Shown here: in pieces, positions 1 through 8,312 of the stretch
Position numbering within the stretch: position 1 is the first letter of the stretch
How the letters are laid out: every line of letters begins with the position of its first letter
Origin: a virus
Taxonomy: Duplodnaviria > Heunggongvirae > Uroviricota > Caudoviricetes
Reading direction: 5' to 3' (one strand)
Virus record (IMG/VR): IMGVR_UViG_3300011008_000020
DNA: 39,255 nucleotides
Notes under the pieces: model-generated
What the model saw: only the letters and a program-made list of their open reading frames with translations
Database searches by the model: none
Told to the model about the DNA's origin: nothing
Translations under genes and position numbers: made by a program

Positions 1-2
1 CC

Positions 3-137
3 CAGCAGCTCAAGACCATCAAAGGGCAAATCATCGCCGGTGACATCTGCGGGGCCGAGAAGGGGCTGCGCAGGATGTTACCGGCGATTCATTTTAAGGA
101 GGTAGATTCACATGAAGTTCTCTGCGGCCGTCAATAA
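3..137 (+). CDS. 3' end of a hypothetical phage protein (5' truncated by window edge)
   Basis: Open frame QQLKTIKGQIIAGDICGAEKGL... to TAA at 135-137; overlaps the dnaN RBS and start. Confidence 0.45.
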   Translation, partial: QQLKTIKGQIIAGDICGAEKGLRRMLPAIHFKEVDSHEVLCGRQ

Positions 138-1218
138 TCTGCGCAACGCGCTCAAGATCGTCAACATGGCCCTGCAAATGAAGACCACCAACCCCATCCT
201 CGAATGCGTCCTGATCGAGGCGGAGGACGGGAAGCTCAAGCTGACCGGCTCCGATTCCCTGATGCAGGTGGCGTTCACCATCCCGTGCGATGTGGACGAA
301 CCGGGCACCTCTGCCGTTCGCGGCAGGCTGCTGGCAGAGGTCGTTAATCGCCTCGAAGGCGACTCGATTGACGTCGCCGTAGACGACAAGAACGTGTTCA
401 CCGTCAAGTGTGGTCGGGCAAAGTCTCGCCTTTCCGGCAACGACGCCGCCGAGTTCCCCGTGAAGCCTTCCATCGGGGCCACCAACAAGATCACGCTGCC
501 CGCCGCCGAGTTCTACAACATGATCGTATCCGTCGAGAAGTGCATCGCACGCGAGGACATGCGTGCCGTGCTGACTGGCGGGTGCATTGACGTGGAGAAG
601 GGCGTCGTCAGCATGGTCGCGTTGGACGGTTTCAGGCTCGGCGTCAAGGAGACGAAGCCCTCGTCCGTCCCGGATGATTGCAAGGTAATCGTGCCGGGCA
701 AGTCCCTCGACGTGATCAAGAAGCTGCTGGCGAACGGTGGCGAGGAACTGATCGACCTGAATTTCAGCGCGACCGAGTTCGAGATGCAGTTCGGCAGCGC
801 CGACGTCAAATGCACGCTGATCGAAGGCGAGTATGTGAACTGGCGCGGCATCATCCCCAAGCAGTGGGGGACGTTCGTGACCGTGGACGCGGCCCAGTTC
901 GCCGGGGCTGTGGAACGCGCCGCCCTGATGGCCCGGCTCGGCTCCAACAACCTGATCAAGCTGTCGATCAATGAGGATTCGATCTCTGTCTATGCCACCA
1001 GCGGCATCGACGAGACGCAGGAGACCATCGACGCGGAGGTGAACGGTGAGCCTTTGAACATCGCGTTCAACGTCGTCTATCTCTCCGACGCCATGAAGAT
1101 GTTCGACAACGGCACCGTCGTCCTGCACTTCAACAACGCTGTCCAGCCGTGTGTCGTGTGCAACAGCACCACCGTGTCCGACTTCTACTGGCTGATCTTG
1201 CCCGTGAGGACGTCGTAA
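112..1218 (+). CDS. dnaN: DNA polymerase III beta subunit (sliding clamp), phage-encoded
   Basis: 368 aa; motifs NPILECVLIE, MRAVLTG, VALDGFRLG, LIEGEYVNWRGIIP, NIAFNVVYL, C-terminal LILPVR; RBS AAGGAGGT. Confidence 0.95.
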   Translation: MKFSAAVNNLRNALKIVNMALQMKTTNPILECVLIEAEDGKLKLTGSDSLMQVAFTIPCDVDEPGTSAVRGRLLAEVVNRLEGDSIDVAVDDKNVFTVKCGRAKSRLSGNDAAEFPVKPSIGATNKITLPAAEFYNMIVSVEKCIAREDMRAVLTGGCIDVEKGVVSMVALDGFRLGVKETKPSSVPDDCKVIVPGKSLDVIKKLLANGGEELIDLNFSATEFEMQFGSADVKCTLIEGEYVNWRGIIPKQWGTFVTVDAAQFAGAVERAALMARLGSNNLIKLSINEDSISVYATSGIDETQETIDAEVNGEPLNIAFNVVYLSDAMKMFDNGTVVLHFNNAVQPCVVCNSTTVSDFYWLILPVRTS

Positions 1219-1228
1219 GGAGGCTCGC

Positions 1229-1414
1229 ATGGAAATGAGGCTTATGGAGAAAACAGGCCACACGGAGATTAAGTGCAGCGTGAAAAACTATCCTCGCTAC
1301 GCTCCTATCATTGAATCCTATATTGCGGTTCATGGAGGGAAGAAGCAAAGCGAAAACAGCAGGTATATCTATTTTGAGATTTACGCTGATCTGCTCAACA
1401 AGAGCATGAGGTAG
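1229..1414 (+). CDS. hypothetical protein (61 aa, AT-richer than neighbours)
   Basis: RBS AAGGAGG immediately after dnaN stop; fills gap in operon. Confidence 0.6.
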   Translation: MEMRLMEKTGHTEIKCSVKNYPRYAPIIESYIAVHGGKKQSENSRYIYFEIYADLLNKSMR

Positions 1415-1418
1415 GGCC

Positions 1419-1619
1419 ATGAGCGAGGACATCACATTCTGCGCAGCCGATTGCGACAACATGACCTGCGAGCGCAACAAGAAGCACATCAAGCAGGCGA
1501 TTCCCCATTCATTCGCCCTGCTCGAAGGGACAAAGGAGTGTTTGAAGTATGGAAGGCATGGCGGACATGATGACCACCATCGAAGAGCAGCGCAGGGCCA
1601 TCGAGACGATGAAGCCTGA
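1419..1619 (+). CDS. small Cys-rich phage protein
   Basis: MSEDITFC..DC....CERN pattern; tightly packed; 3' end overlaps next ORF. Confidence 0.55.
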   Translation: MSEDITFCAADCDNMTCERNKKHIKQAIPHSFALLEGTKECLKYGRHGGHDDHHRRAAQGHRDDEA

Positions 1620-1944
1620 CGGGACGTTTGATCTCAACCCGGACTACAAGGCGATCTTGAAGCTGGACAAGCGGCTGACGGAGGCCGGGATTCCGCACCT
1701 GCTCGACCGGGCAAACGACGGGTGGATTATCCTCTACCCCTCCTATGAGCACCGCGTCGGCGACGCAATCCAGCACTACTACAGCTATGGAGCCTTTCAC
1801 GACCTCATAGAGGTCTTTGGTTTCGGTTTGAAGAACCCAGACGGCTTCTTGGACGTGGACGCCGCCTTCGACTATTTCAAGAAGGCACACGACAAGATGC
1901 TGGAAAAGGAGCGGAGGCGCAGTGCGGGCAAGGTTCAAAGATAG
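1549..1944 (+). CDS. hypothetical phage protein (true start may be 1567 or 1570)
   Basis: 131-aa ORF with coding-like codon bias, operon packing. Confidence 0.7.
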   Translation: MEGMADMMTTIEEQRRAIETMKPDGTFDLNPDYKAILKLDKRLTEAGIPHLLDRANDGWIILYPSYEHRVGDAIQHYYSYGAFHDLIEVFGFGLKNPDGFLDVDAAFDYFKKAHDKMLEKERRRSAGKVQR

Positions 1945-2098
1945 TCCGAACGTGTCCGAGGTCATCTACTCGGACGAATATGAGGACTACATCTGCAAGG
2001 TATGTCGGGAACTGCTGCCGTGGACGAGCGGATTCCGATTCTGCCCGTTCTGCGGTAGGCCGTTCAGGCCGAGAAAGGAAAAGGAGGACAAGGAATGA
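1922..2098 (+). CDS. small zinc-ribbon protein (58 aa; not in supplied ORF track)
   Basis: GTG start after GGAGG; translation ...YICKVCRELL...FRFCPFCGRPF...; TGA overlaps next ATG (ATGA). Confidence 0.7.
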   Translation: MRARFKDSPNVSEVIYSDEYEDYICKVCRELLPWTSGFRFCPFCGRPFRPRKEKEDKE

Positions 2099-2400
2099 TT
2101 AAGCCTGGATTCTGCTCGCCGTCCGTGGTCGGCTCCTACGTCGTGAAGCCGAGAATCATAGACGTGCAGCGAAAGGAACGCCGCTTTGAAGCGACTGGCA
2201 TCCCGGTGTGGTATGAGTGGCAGTACCAAGGCCGCAGTATGTTGGAACCGGCGATCATCACCAGCACCCACGGGATTCTCACCGAGGGGATGCTCGCGCT
2301 GCCAGACGTGATCGACTGGGAGAACTACGGCGTCAACTGGCGGCTCTGGACGCACAGGCCGTCAGAGGCGCAGCGAAAGGTGGTGAAGTGGTGTGCATGA
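2095..2400 (+). CDS. hypothetical protein with C-terminal YxxxWRxWTxRPxxxQR motif (paralog 1)
   Basis: RBS AAGGAGG; C-terminus NYGVNWRLWTHRPSEAQRKVVKW. Confidence 0.75.
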   Translation: MIKPGFCSPSVVGSYVVKPRIIDVQRKERRFEATGIPVWYEWQYQGRSMLEPAIITSTHGILTEGMLALPDVIDWENYGVNWRLWTHRPSEAQRKVVKWCA

Positions 2401-2788
2401 TCTTGTGAGGCGGTCGTCGCTGCTGTCCAAGTACGACGCCCAGCACAAGGGGCCTCCCGGCAAGGCCCGCGACCTGATCGTGAATGAGCCTGATGTGGAA
2501 CCGGCAATCGACGCCATCCTTCTGACGATGGAGGAAGCGAAGCTGCTGAAAATCTGCTGGATTGAGGAGCAGTATTCAATGGCGACTTCGGTCTATCCCG
2601 CAATCTACGGTGGCATCGGAAACCGCGCCGGGAAGAAGTGTTTGATCTTCATCACAGTGCCGGAGGAGGACGTCGATGACTGGGACGATTGCGAGCGGTG
2701 GCTTGAGATCGACGATTACAACGACTTCTGGCGTCCGTGGTCATCGTGCCCCACCGAGGAACAGAGGGAGGCGACGAAATGGAGCTGA
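2393..2788 (+). CDS. hypothetical protein, same C-terminal motif (paralog 2)
   Basis: C-terminus DYNDFWRPWSSCPTEEQREATKW. Confidence 0.75.
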   Translation: MHDLVRRSSLLSKYDAQHKGPPGKARDLIVNEPDVEPAIDAILLTMEEAKLLKICWIEEQYSMATSVYPAIYGGIGNRAGKKCLIFITVPEEDVDDWDDCERWLEIDDYNDFWRPWSSCPTEEQREATKWS

Positions 2789-3039
2789 CGCGAGAGCAGG
2801 CAATCGCCAAGCTGGAAGCGCTGGTCGAATCAGTCGTTGACCGGGAAATGATAGACGAGACCTGTCACGAGGTCATCGGGTATCTGAAAGTGCAGGAGCC
2901 AGTGGAGCCGTTGAGAATCAACCACGACACGAAATGGCAGCGAGATATCGATTGTTTATGTGGGGAGTGTGGCGGTTCGTTCTATCGGCTGAAAGTGAAT
3001 TTTTGTCCGTGGTGCGGAAAGGAGGTGAAGTGGCAATGA
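2779..3039 (+). CDS. zinc-ribbon protein (CxxC...FCPWCG)
   Basis: ATG at 2779 after GGGAGG; CLCGECG...NFCPWCGKEVKW. Confidence 0.75.
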   Translation: MELTREQAIAKLEALVESVVDREMIDETCHEVIGYLKVQEPVEPLRINHDTKWQRDIDCLCGECGGSFYRLKVNFCPWCGKEVKWQ

Positions 3040-3425
3040 TGGTCAGGGAGGCGCTTTTGACATTAAACGCCAATGTCGTGGTTGCCTGTGAACGAGCTGG
3101 ATATGACTCGGCGACGGTAAAGATGATTGAGGATGCATTGGACACCATCGAGGATGCGCTTCAAGCAGGGGAGCCGAGGGTGATGACGCTGGAAGAAGTC
3201 AAGGCTCTGCAACCCGATACGGATATATGGATAGAGGTTAGATATTTGAACGCTCCGATCAGAATTAGGGCTTGTACGGTATCTGGTTTTTCTCCAGGTG
3301 GCACAAGACTTTTTATAATCGGCGGCGCGCATAATTACCCAATGGATATGTATAACAATTATTTTCGCTGCTGGACATCCCGCCCGACCGACAAGCAGCG
3401 CAAGGAGGTAGCATGGAATGAGTGA
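3036..3425 (+). CDS. hypothetical protein, same C-terminal motif (paralog 3)
   Basis: ATGA-coupled start at 3036; EPRVMTLEEV and MYNNYFRCWTSRPTDKQRKEVAW. Confidence 0.75.
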   Translation: MMVREALLTLNANVVVACERAGYDSATVKMIEDALDTIEDALQAGEPRVMTLEEVKALQPDTDIWIEVRYLNAPIRIRACTVSGFSPGGTRLFIIGGAHNYPMDMYNNYFRCWTSRPTDKQRKEVAWNE

Positions 3426-3945
3426 TCTCAGAGTGTTCACAAAGAGGCTTGAACAGGCGATCATGGAGGTCGAACAGGAGCCGGGAAAAAGGGCTGTGAG
3501 AACAGGATTCCTCCGTGAAATCCTCACATTCCTCAAAGGTTTGGAACCGAGGAAGATGTCGCTCGATGAAGTGCTGGCCTCAAAGAGCAAGCCCGTCTAT
3601 GTGATTTGTAAGGAACGCTTGGACGGCTACGCACTCGTCAGCGGAGAAGTCAGTGGCCGTGTGGCCCTCACATATCCCGGAACGCCCGAAGGGAAGGATT
3701 GCATGCTCTGGCCGATCAAGGCCGGGTATGGTTCGTTCTGGGAGTGCTGGACAGCGCCGCCGCGAAAGGCAGCATCATCATGGGAAATCCCATATTCGGA
3801 ATCGTTCTGCATGCGGGAGGGAGACCGCGTGATATGGAACGATAAAACCTATGTAGTCGCAGAAAACAAGGGAGCTGACAGACATGGCACAGGTCATATC
3901 GTACTCGTCGCAGAAAGCGAGGTGAACCAAGATGGGAGAAGTTAG
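3418..3945 (+). CDS. hypothetical protein with internal copy of the motif (paralog 4)
   Basis: EPRKMSLDEV and GYGSFWECWTAPP followed by an extra C-terminal domain. Confidence 0.7.
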   Translation: MSDLRVFTKRLEQAIMEVEQEPGKRAVRTGFLREILTFLKGLEPRKMSLDEVLASKSKPVYVICKERLDGYALVSGEVSGRVALTYPGTPEGKDCMLWPIKAGYGSFWECWTAPPRKAASSWEIPYSESFCMREGDRVIWNDKTYVVAENKGADRHGTGHIVLVAESEVNQDGRS

Positions 3946-4486
3946 AATCAACCTCAATGCAAGCGTGCGCTTCAAGCTCACGGACGCTGGTCTTGAGATG
4001 TATCGCCGCCAGTACGACGATGTGATCAGTCTCTATCCGCAGATCGGATTGAAGCGACCAGAGCCGAAGCTGGATTCCGAAGGGTTTGTCTCGATGCAGC
4101 TGCATCAATTCATGTCGGTCTTTGGGCCGCACTTGATTCCCGGCAAGCCTGTACCGATAGAAAGGCTTGAAATCATCTATGATGAACCCGTAGCACCCAG
4201 ATTGATGACTTTGGAGGAAGTTGCCGGTCGGGTGGCGCTGGAACAAGAGACCGTCCTTTACATGGAGTTTGGATATAACTCGACACGCGAGGGAACGGTG
4301 ATCGGTTTGGTTCCGAAGTACATCTTTTTCGATGACGAGTATGGCTTGTCATGGGACATCTGTGAGGGGCCAGATCAAGGAAAACGAGACGGTGTAAACC
4401 TCTATGAGTACAACGATATATGGCGCTGTTGGACACTGAGGCCAACGGATGCGCAGAGAAAGGCGGAACCATGGCAAGCAAAATGA
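3932..4486 (+). CDS. hypothetical protein, same C-terminal motif (paralog 5)
   Basis: APRLMTLEEV and EYNDIWRCWTLRPTDAQRKAEPW. Confidence 0.75.
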   Translation: MGEVRINLNASVRFKLTDAGLEMYRRQYDDVISLYPQIGLKRPEPKLDSEGFVSMQLHQFMSVFGPHLIPGKPVPIERLEIIYDEPVAPRLMTLEEVAGRVALEQETVLYMEFGYNSTREGTVIGLVPKYIFFDDEYGLSWDICEGPDQGKRDGVNLYEYNDIWRCWTLRPTDAQRKAEPWQAK

Positions 4487-4725
4487 GGTGTTCCAAGTGC
4501 GGAGGCAGGCTCGTTTACGAAGAATTTTTTCAGCGTGGACGAGTGTACAACGTCCTCCCGGACGGAACCATTGGCAAGAAGTTTAAGTATATGGATTACT
4601 GCGGCGACGATGATGCCAGCGTGGTTTATTGTAAGTCCTGCGGAGATAACAAGGCGTTTCACTTAGAAGATGACTATAGCAAGGTCGTCGTGGAAGACGA
4701 GCCGGAGGAAGATGAATGGCAATAA
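4471..4725 (+). CDS. zinc-ribbon protein
   Basis: MASKMRCSKCGG ... YCKSCG; overlaps previous stop. Confidence 0.7.
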   Translation: MASKMRCSKCGGRLVYEEFFQRGRVYNVLPDGTIGKKFKYMDYCGDDDASVVYCKSCGDNKAFHLEDDYSKVVVEDEPEEDEWQ

Positions 4726-5075
4726 GCAAGAAAGTCCGCGAGGCGATCTATGCGAAGTATGACGGCCACTGTGCCTACTGTGGCCGTGAGATCGCCTACA
4801 AGGATATGCAGGTCGATCACTTCATTCCGAAGCGCGGGTGGAATGAGAGCGGGTCGGACGACAAGGAGAACCTCATGCCGTCCTGCCGGATGTGCAATCA
4901 CTACAAGCGAGCGCACAGCTTGGAACTGTTCAGGACGTTCATCGCGGAGATTCCGAGGAAGTTGCGCACCAACTACATCTACAAGATCGGTGTGGTGTAT
5001 GGCAACGTGATCGAGGCAGAGAAGCCCATCAAGTTCTACTTCGAGCAGCACGAGGAGGCGACGCACGATGCTTGA
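4716..5075 (+). CDS. HNH endonuclease
   Basis: CAYCG ... VDHFIP ... NLMPSCRMCNHYK. Confidence 0.9.
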   Translation: MAISKKVREAIYAKYDGHCAYCGREIAYKDMQVDHFIPKRGWNESGSDDKENLMPSCRMCNHYKRAHSLELFRTFIAEIPRKLRTNYIYKIGVVYGNVIEAEKPIKFYFEQHEEATHDA

Positions 5076-5433
5076 ACGGAAGGTCATTATTAAGAGCCTG
5101 CTGAATCAGGCGCGAGAGAAAACGCTGGAATATGGTGACGGCGACATCGTCACCAACGATGCAAAAGTTCTCCGTGAAGCCGCCCAGATGTTGAACGCCG
5201 ACGCCGATCTCCGCGACACGTTGGAAGTGGCGATTCGCGCCAACGAGGAGGCCCGGAAGAAGGCGGAACCAGCGCTGATTATCAACCGGGACGGCTGGCC
5301 GGACGGGAGCCGCGACACAGTGTCCGGAAATTGCCCGGTGTGTGGGAACCTGCTGACGTGTATCACGCCGCGCTACTGCAACGAAATGGGCTTCTACTGT
5401 AGCCTGTGCGGGCAGCGCATCAAGTTTGTGTAG
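5068..5433 (+). CDS. zinc-ribbon hypothetical protein
   Basis: CPVCG ... YCSLCGQRIKF at C-terminus. Confidence 0.7.
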   Translation: MLERKVIIKSLLNQAREKTLEYGDGDIVTNDAKVLREAAQMLNADADLRDTLEVAIRANEEARKKAEPALIINRDGWPDGSRDTVSGNCPVCGNLLTCITPRYCNEMGFYCSLCGQRIKFV

Positions 5434-5448
5434 CAAGGAGGCGGTAGT

Positions 5449-5670
5449 GTGGCGGTGATTCTATCCTTCCTTCACAGGCTCTTTTGTCGGCACACCTATG
5501 GCCTCGTGCGCTGGCATTGGACGCACTGGCGAAATGGCAACGAGCCTTCACGCATCGAGGCGGAGTATAGGTGCTCAAAGTGCGGGAAGCTGATGTATGT
5601 CTACCCGGAGCGTGGCAGCGAGTTGGAGGAGTTCTTTGTCCTGAAACGATATAACTGGAACAGGTGGTGA
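5449..5670 (+). CDS. small phage protein (LFCRH...YRCSKCGK; DUF1660-like)
   Basis: RBS AAGGAGG, GTG start; characteristic Cys/His pattern. Confidence 0.6.
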   Translation: MAVILSFLHRLFCRHTYGLVRWHWTHWRNGNEPSRIEAEYRCSKCGKLMYVYPERGSELEEFFVLKRYNWNRW

Positions 5671-5674
5671 TCGT

Positions 5675-5920
5675 GTGGAGCATCTCATGGAAATCTGCAT
5701 GAGGATAGTGATGGTCGTCGGTATGCTGTGCTTGGTCGCTCTTTTCGTCGAGCTGATCGTGTGGGCGATTCGGTCGATTGTCCGCAATGTGACCGACATT
5801 CGCTATGCGTCAAAGGTCAAATACTACCTCGAAGACGGACATCGGCGCATCGCCGAATACGAGGCGAGAATCAGGAAGCTGGAAGACGAGATGTCGGAAC
5901 GGAGAAAGAAGGAGCATTGA
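5675..5920 (+). CDS. membrane-anchored coiled-coil hypothetical protein
   Basis: Hydrophobic stretch IVMVVGMLCLVALFVELIVWAI then charged heptads. Confidence 0.6.
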   Translation: MEHLMEICMRIVMVVGMLCLVALFVELIVWAIRSIVRNVTDIRYASKVKYYLEDGHRRIAEYEARIRKLEDEMSERRKKEH

Positions 5921-5921
5921 T

Positions 5922-6155
5922 ATGCAGGCTAAAAAGTGTGATGCATGTGGCAAATTGTATGAATGCTATCACCCTAAAAGCGGACATGGTCTCGGATTGT
6001 CAAACGGTATAATTCTGGTAGATTTTAAAAACACGGGAAAAGATTCTTACACCAAAAATCAATCGTTTGACCTATGCACTTCTTGTATGGCTGATTTAGT
6101 ACAGTCTATCGCTAATAAGGGTGGTGTTATTGATGAAAAGAAGCACTACTGGTAA
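5922..6155 (+). CDS. CxxC-containing hypothetical protein, AT-rich
   Basis: ATG at 5922 after AAGGAG; KKCDACGK ... DLCTSC. Confidence 0.65.
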   Translation: MQAKKCDACGKLYECYHPKSGHGLGLSNGIILVDFKNTGKDSYTKNQSFDLCTSCMADLVQSIANKGGVIDEKKHYW

Positions 6156-6173
6156 GGTGGAAGGAGGCAAAGA

Positions 6174-6431
6174 ATGAGGTACAAGCCGATCACCCAGCAG
6201 CAGTTTGACAGGATGGCGCACCAGATCATGGAGTATCTCGCGGACATCAGGCCGGTCTATGGCTCCAACGATGGCGGCGAGGGCAAGGGCCGGATATTCT
6301 ACAATGAAGATCGCCTCTATACCGTCCACAATCTTGAGGACGGCATCGTGTCGATGGTCTACGCGAACAGCCCGCGTGAGGCCAAGGAAAAGGTCGAGGC
6401 CAGCAGGAAAGGAGCGAATCAGAATGTTTGA
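6174..6431 (+). CDS. hypothetical protein
   Basis: RBS AAGGAGG, operon packing. Confidence 0.65.
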   Translation: MRYKPITQQQFDRMAHQIMEYLADIRPVYGSNDGGEGKGRIFYNEDRLYTVHNLEDGIVSMVYANSPREAKEKVEASRKGANQNV

Positions 6432-6666
6432 GCCGGGAGATAGGGTCAAGATCACCAACACCGAAGGAGAGTTCACGCCGGAAGAACTGGCGAAGGAATG
6501 GACGGTCATCAGCTACCCATGGAAGTGCTGGCAGGCGCAGATGGTGACTGTTGGCGACGAGAACGGATTGGAGAAGGCCGTCAACATCAACGACCTGTCG
6601 AAGGTCGAGCAGCCTTCCGAGGAATCTGGCCATGGGTGCAACAAGGACTACTGCGACATTCGGTAG
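6424..6666 (+). CDS. hypothetical protein (FEPGDRVKI start, possible SH3-like barrel)
   Basis: ATG at 6424 after AAAGGAG, overlaps previous stop. Confidence 0.6.
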   Translation: MFEPGDRVKITNTEGEFTPEELAKEWTVISYPWKCWQAQMVTVGDENGLEKAVNINDLSKVEQPSEESGHGCNKDYCDIR

Positions 6667-6676
6667 GTGTGCCGGG

Positions 6677-6883
6677 ATGGATGTAAGCAAGTGGAAGTAT
6701 GAGGGCAGCGTGAGGCAGCGCTTCGGCGTTGGCCGCAGCGCCCACTACAAGGAACAGTGGATATGGAAGTGTAGGGTCTGCGGGCACACCGTCAGACGGC
6801 ACGCAGGAAACCGAAGTATGCCGAGAGAGGCCTGCCTGGTCTGCTTCTTTAAGGAACCGGCAGGCAAGCCGGAGGAGGGCTGA
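6677..6883 (+). CDS. small zinc-finger-like protein
   Basis: WKCRVCGH ... ACLVC; ATG at 6677. Confidence 0.55.
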   Translation: MDVSKWKYEGSVRQRFGVGRSAHYKEQWIWKCRVCGHTVRRHAGNRSMPREACLVCFFKEPAGKPEEG

Positions 6884-6885
6884 AT

Positions 6886-7260
6886 ATGGATGGAATGGTG
6901 ATGCAGGGGATTCTCGCCGAGAGTAACAAGCTGCGCGAGCTGATTCTTGAGCACCCGGATTATTTGATCGCGGTCGTTGCCGGGGAGGAGGCGAACAACG
7001 GCGATTTCACGTGGGCTTTCTGCTCCAAGATCGACGTCAGCGTCGGGAAGTTCCTGAACGTCAAGACGCCGTATGATCGCAAGAGCGGCATTGTGTTCAG
7101 CGACGAGGACGACTTCGAGGAGGAGATTCAGTCCGTCCTCGAAGACGACCCGAAGTGCAAGGGCATGACCGACGAGGAGTTCTTTGCGCTGGTGAAGGCC
7201 GAGAAGGAGAAGTACGCCGGGGAGTGGAAAGACGTGATCTTCATCCACGCGGACAATTAG
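6886..7260 (+). CDS. acidic hypothetical protein
   Basis: 124-aa ORF with GGAGG RBS and strong GC3 bias. Confidence 0.7.
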   Translation: MDGMVMQGILAESNKLRELILEHPDYLIAVVAGEEANNGDFTWAFCSKIDVSVGKFLNVKTPYDRKSGIVFSDEDDFEEEIQSVLEDDPKCKGMTDEEFFALVKAEKEKYAGEWKDVIFIHADN

Positions 7261-7300
7261 GCACCCGGACAAAAGCACGAAAGGACAGGACTATTGAGAT

Positions 7301-7906
7301 ATGGCACAAACTATTGAAGCCGGAACCAACGACGTCTACCTGATCGGGGTCGTGGAGCAGGAGCCGATCTTCGTGTACAACGAGCGAGGCTACCGCATGT
7401 TCGAGGGCTTGCTGGAAGTGGAGCGCCGGTCTGGCGAGGTCGATCATCTGCCCTTCGTCGGTGACGAGGATATGATCGGCGAGCTGGCCTTCGGCGAGCG
7501 CGTCGCCATTGGCGGCATGATGCATCACCGAGATCGTGGCAGCTACCCAGAGACCAAGAACCGAACCGCGGTATTCGTTTTGAGCATCAGCTATGCACCG
7601 GCGAACTGGCCCGCCCAGAACAGCGTCAAGCTGTCCGGACACATCTGCCGCCCGACCAACTTCCGGGTGACGCCGAGAGGCCGAGAGCTGTGCGAGCTGA
7701 CGGTGGCCGTGCCGAGAGGAAACGGCCATCAGGATTACATCGTCTGCATCGCGTGGAACGATTGCGCCCGGAGCGCCCGGAGCATGACGGTCGGGCAGGC
7801 CGTGAGCGTGACGGGGCGCTTCCAGTCGCGGGAATACAGGAAGAACGTCGGCGGCACCTACGAGACGCGGGTGACGCATGAGGTGTCGCTCGATTCCCTC
7901 CAATAA
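7301..7906 (+). CDS. ssb: single-stranded DNA-binding protein, tandem OB-fold (Clostridia-type)
   Basis: NDVYLIG...; second OB fold NSVKLSGHICRP..FRVTPRGRELCELTVAVPR...DYIVCIAW...VTGRFQSREYRK. Confidence 0.85.
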   Translation: MAQTIEAGTNDVYLIGVVEQEPIFVYNERGYRMFEGLLEVERRSGEVDHLPFVGDEDMIGELAFGERVAIGGMMHHRDRGSYPETKNRTAVFVLSISYAPANWPAQNSVKLSGHICRPTNFRVTPRGRELCELTVAVPRGNGHQDYIVCIAWNDCARSARSMTVGQAVSVTGRFQSREYRKNVGGTYETRVTHEVSLDSLQ

Positions 7907-7928
7907 ATTCTTTGGTTTTTCTTTTGAT

Positions 7929-7974
7929 TTATTGCATTTTGCCCCTTGACAAAAGGCAATAAATATGCTAATAT
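7929..7974 (+). promoter_or_regulatory. early promoter P1 with palindromic operator
   Basis: TTGACA (7946-7951)-17 nt-TAATAT (7969-7974) with extended TG; arms TTATTGCATTTTG / CAAAAGGCAATAA around an 8-nt core. Confidence 0.85.
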
Positions 7975-8059
7975 ATACTTGTTGAGAGGGAAACCGATCA
8001 ACGGTAACCCAAGAGGCAGGACGGAAGGAGGCAGGAGGACGTTGAAAGAAGGAACCCGG

Positions 8060-8206
8060 ATGACCGACGATCAAGCAAAGCGGGCCGACTACGAAGCACG
8101 ACTGGATGAACTCGACAGGGTTGAGGACATGAACACCTACGAAGAAGTCCTTGAGTACATCAAGGCACGAAAAAAGGAGCTTAGAGAACGGCTGGACACC
8201 ATCTAA
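8060..8206 (+). CDS. 48-aa charged hypothetical protein (alternative TTG start 8042)
   Basis: First ORF after P1; MTDDQAKRADYEARLDELDRV... Confidence 0.65.
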   Translation: MTDDQAKRADYEARLDELDRVEDMNTYEEVLEYIKARKKELRERLDTI

Positions 8207-8252
8207 GCCCCACGGTTAAGTCAGGAGGCGGTTAAACCTGCCGACCGCCTCC

Positions 8253-8282
8253 ATTCTACCACAGCGGCAGGTTGGACGTCAA
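8253..8282 (-). promoter_or_regulatory. putative antisense sigmaA promoter converging on the 48-aa gene
   Basis: Minus strand TTGACG (8282-8277)-18 nt-TAGAAT (8258-8253) with extended TG. Confidence 0.55.
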
Positions 8283-8286
8283 GTGG

Positions 8287-8312
8287 AGGAGGCAAAATCT
8301 TATGACAAACGC
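8287..8312. repeat. 26-bp direct repeat, left copy (probable target-site duplication)
   Basis: AGGAGGCAAAATCTTATGACAAACGC, identical to 9532-9557. Confidence 0.9.
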
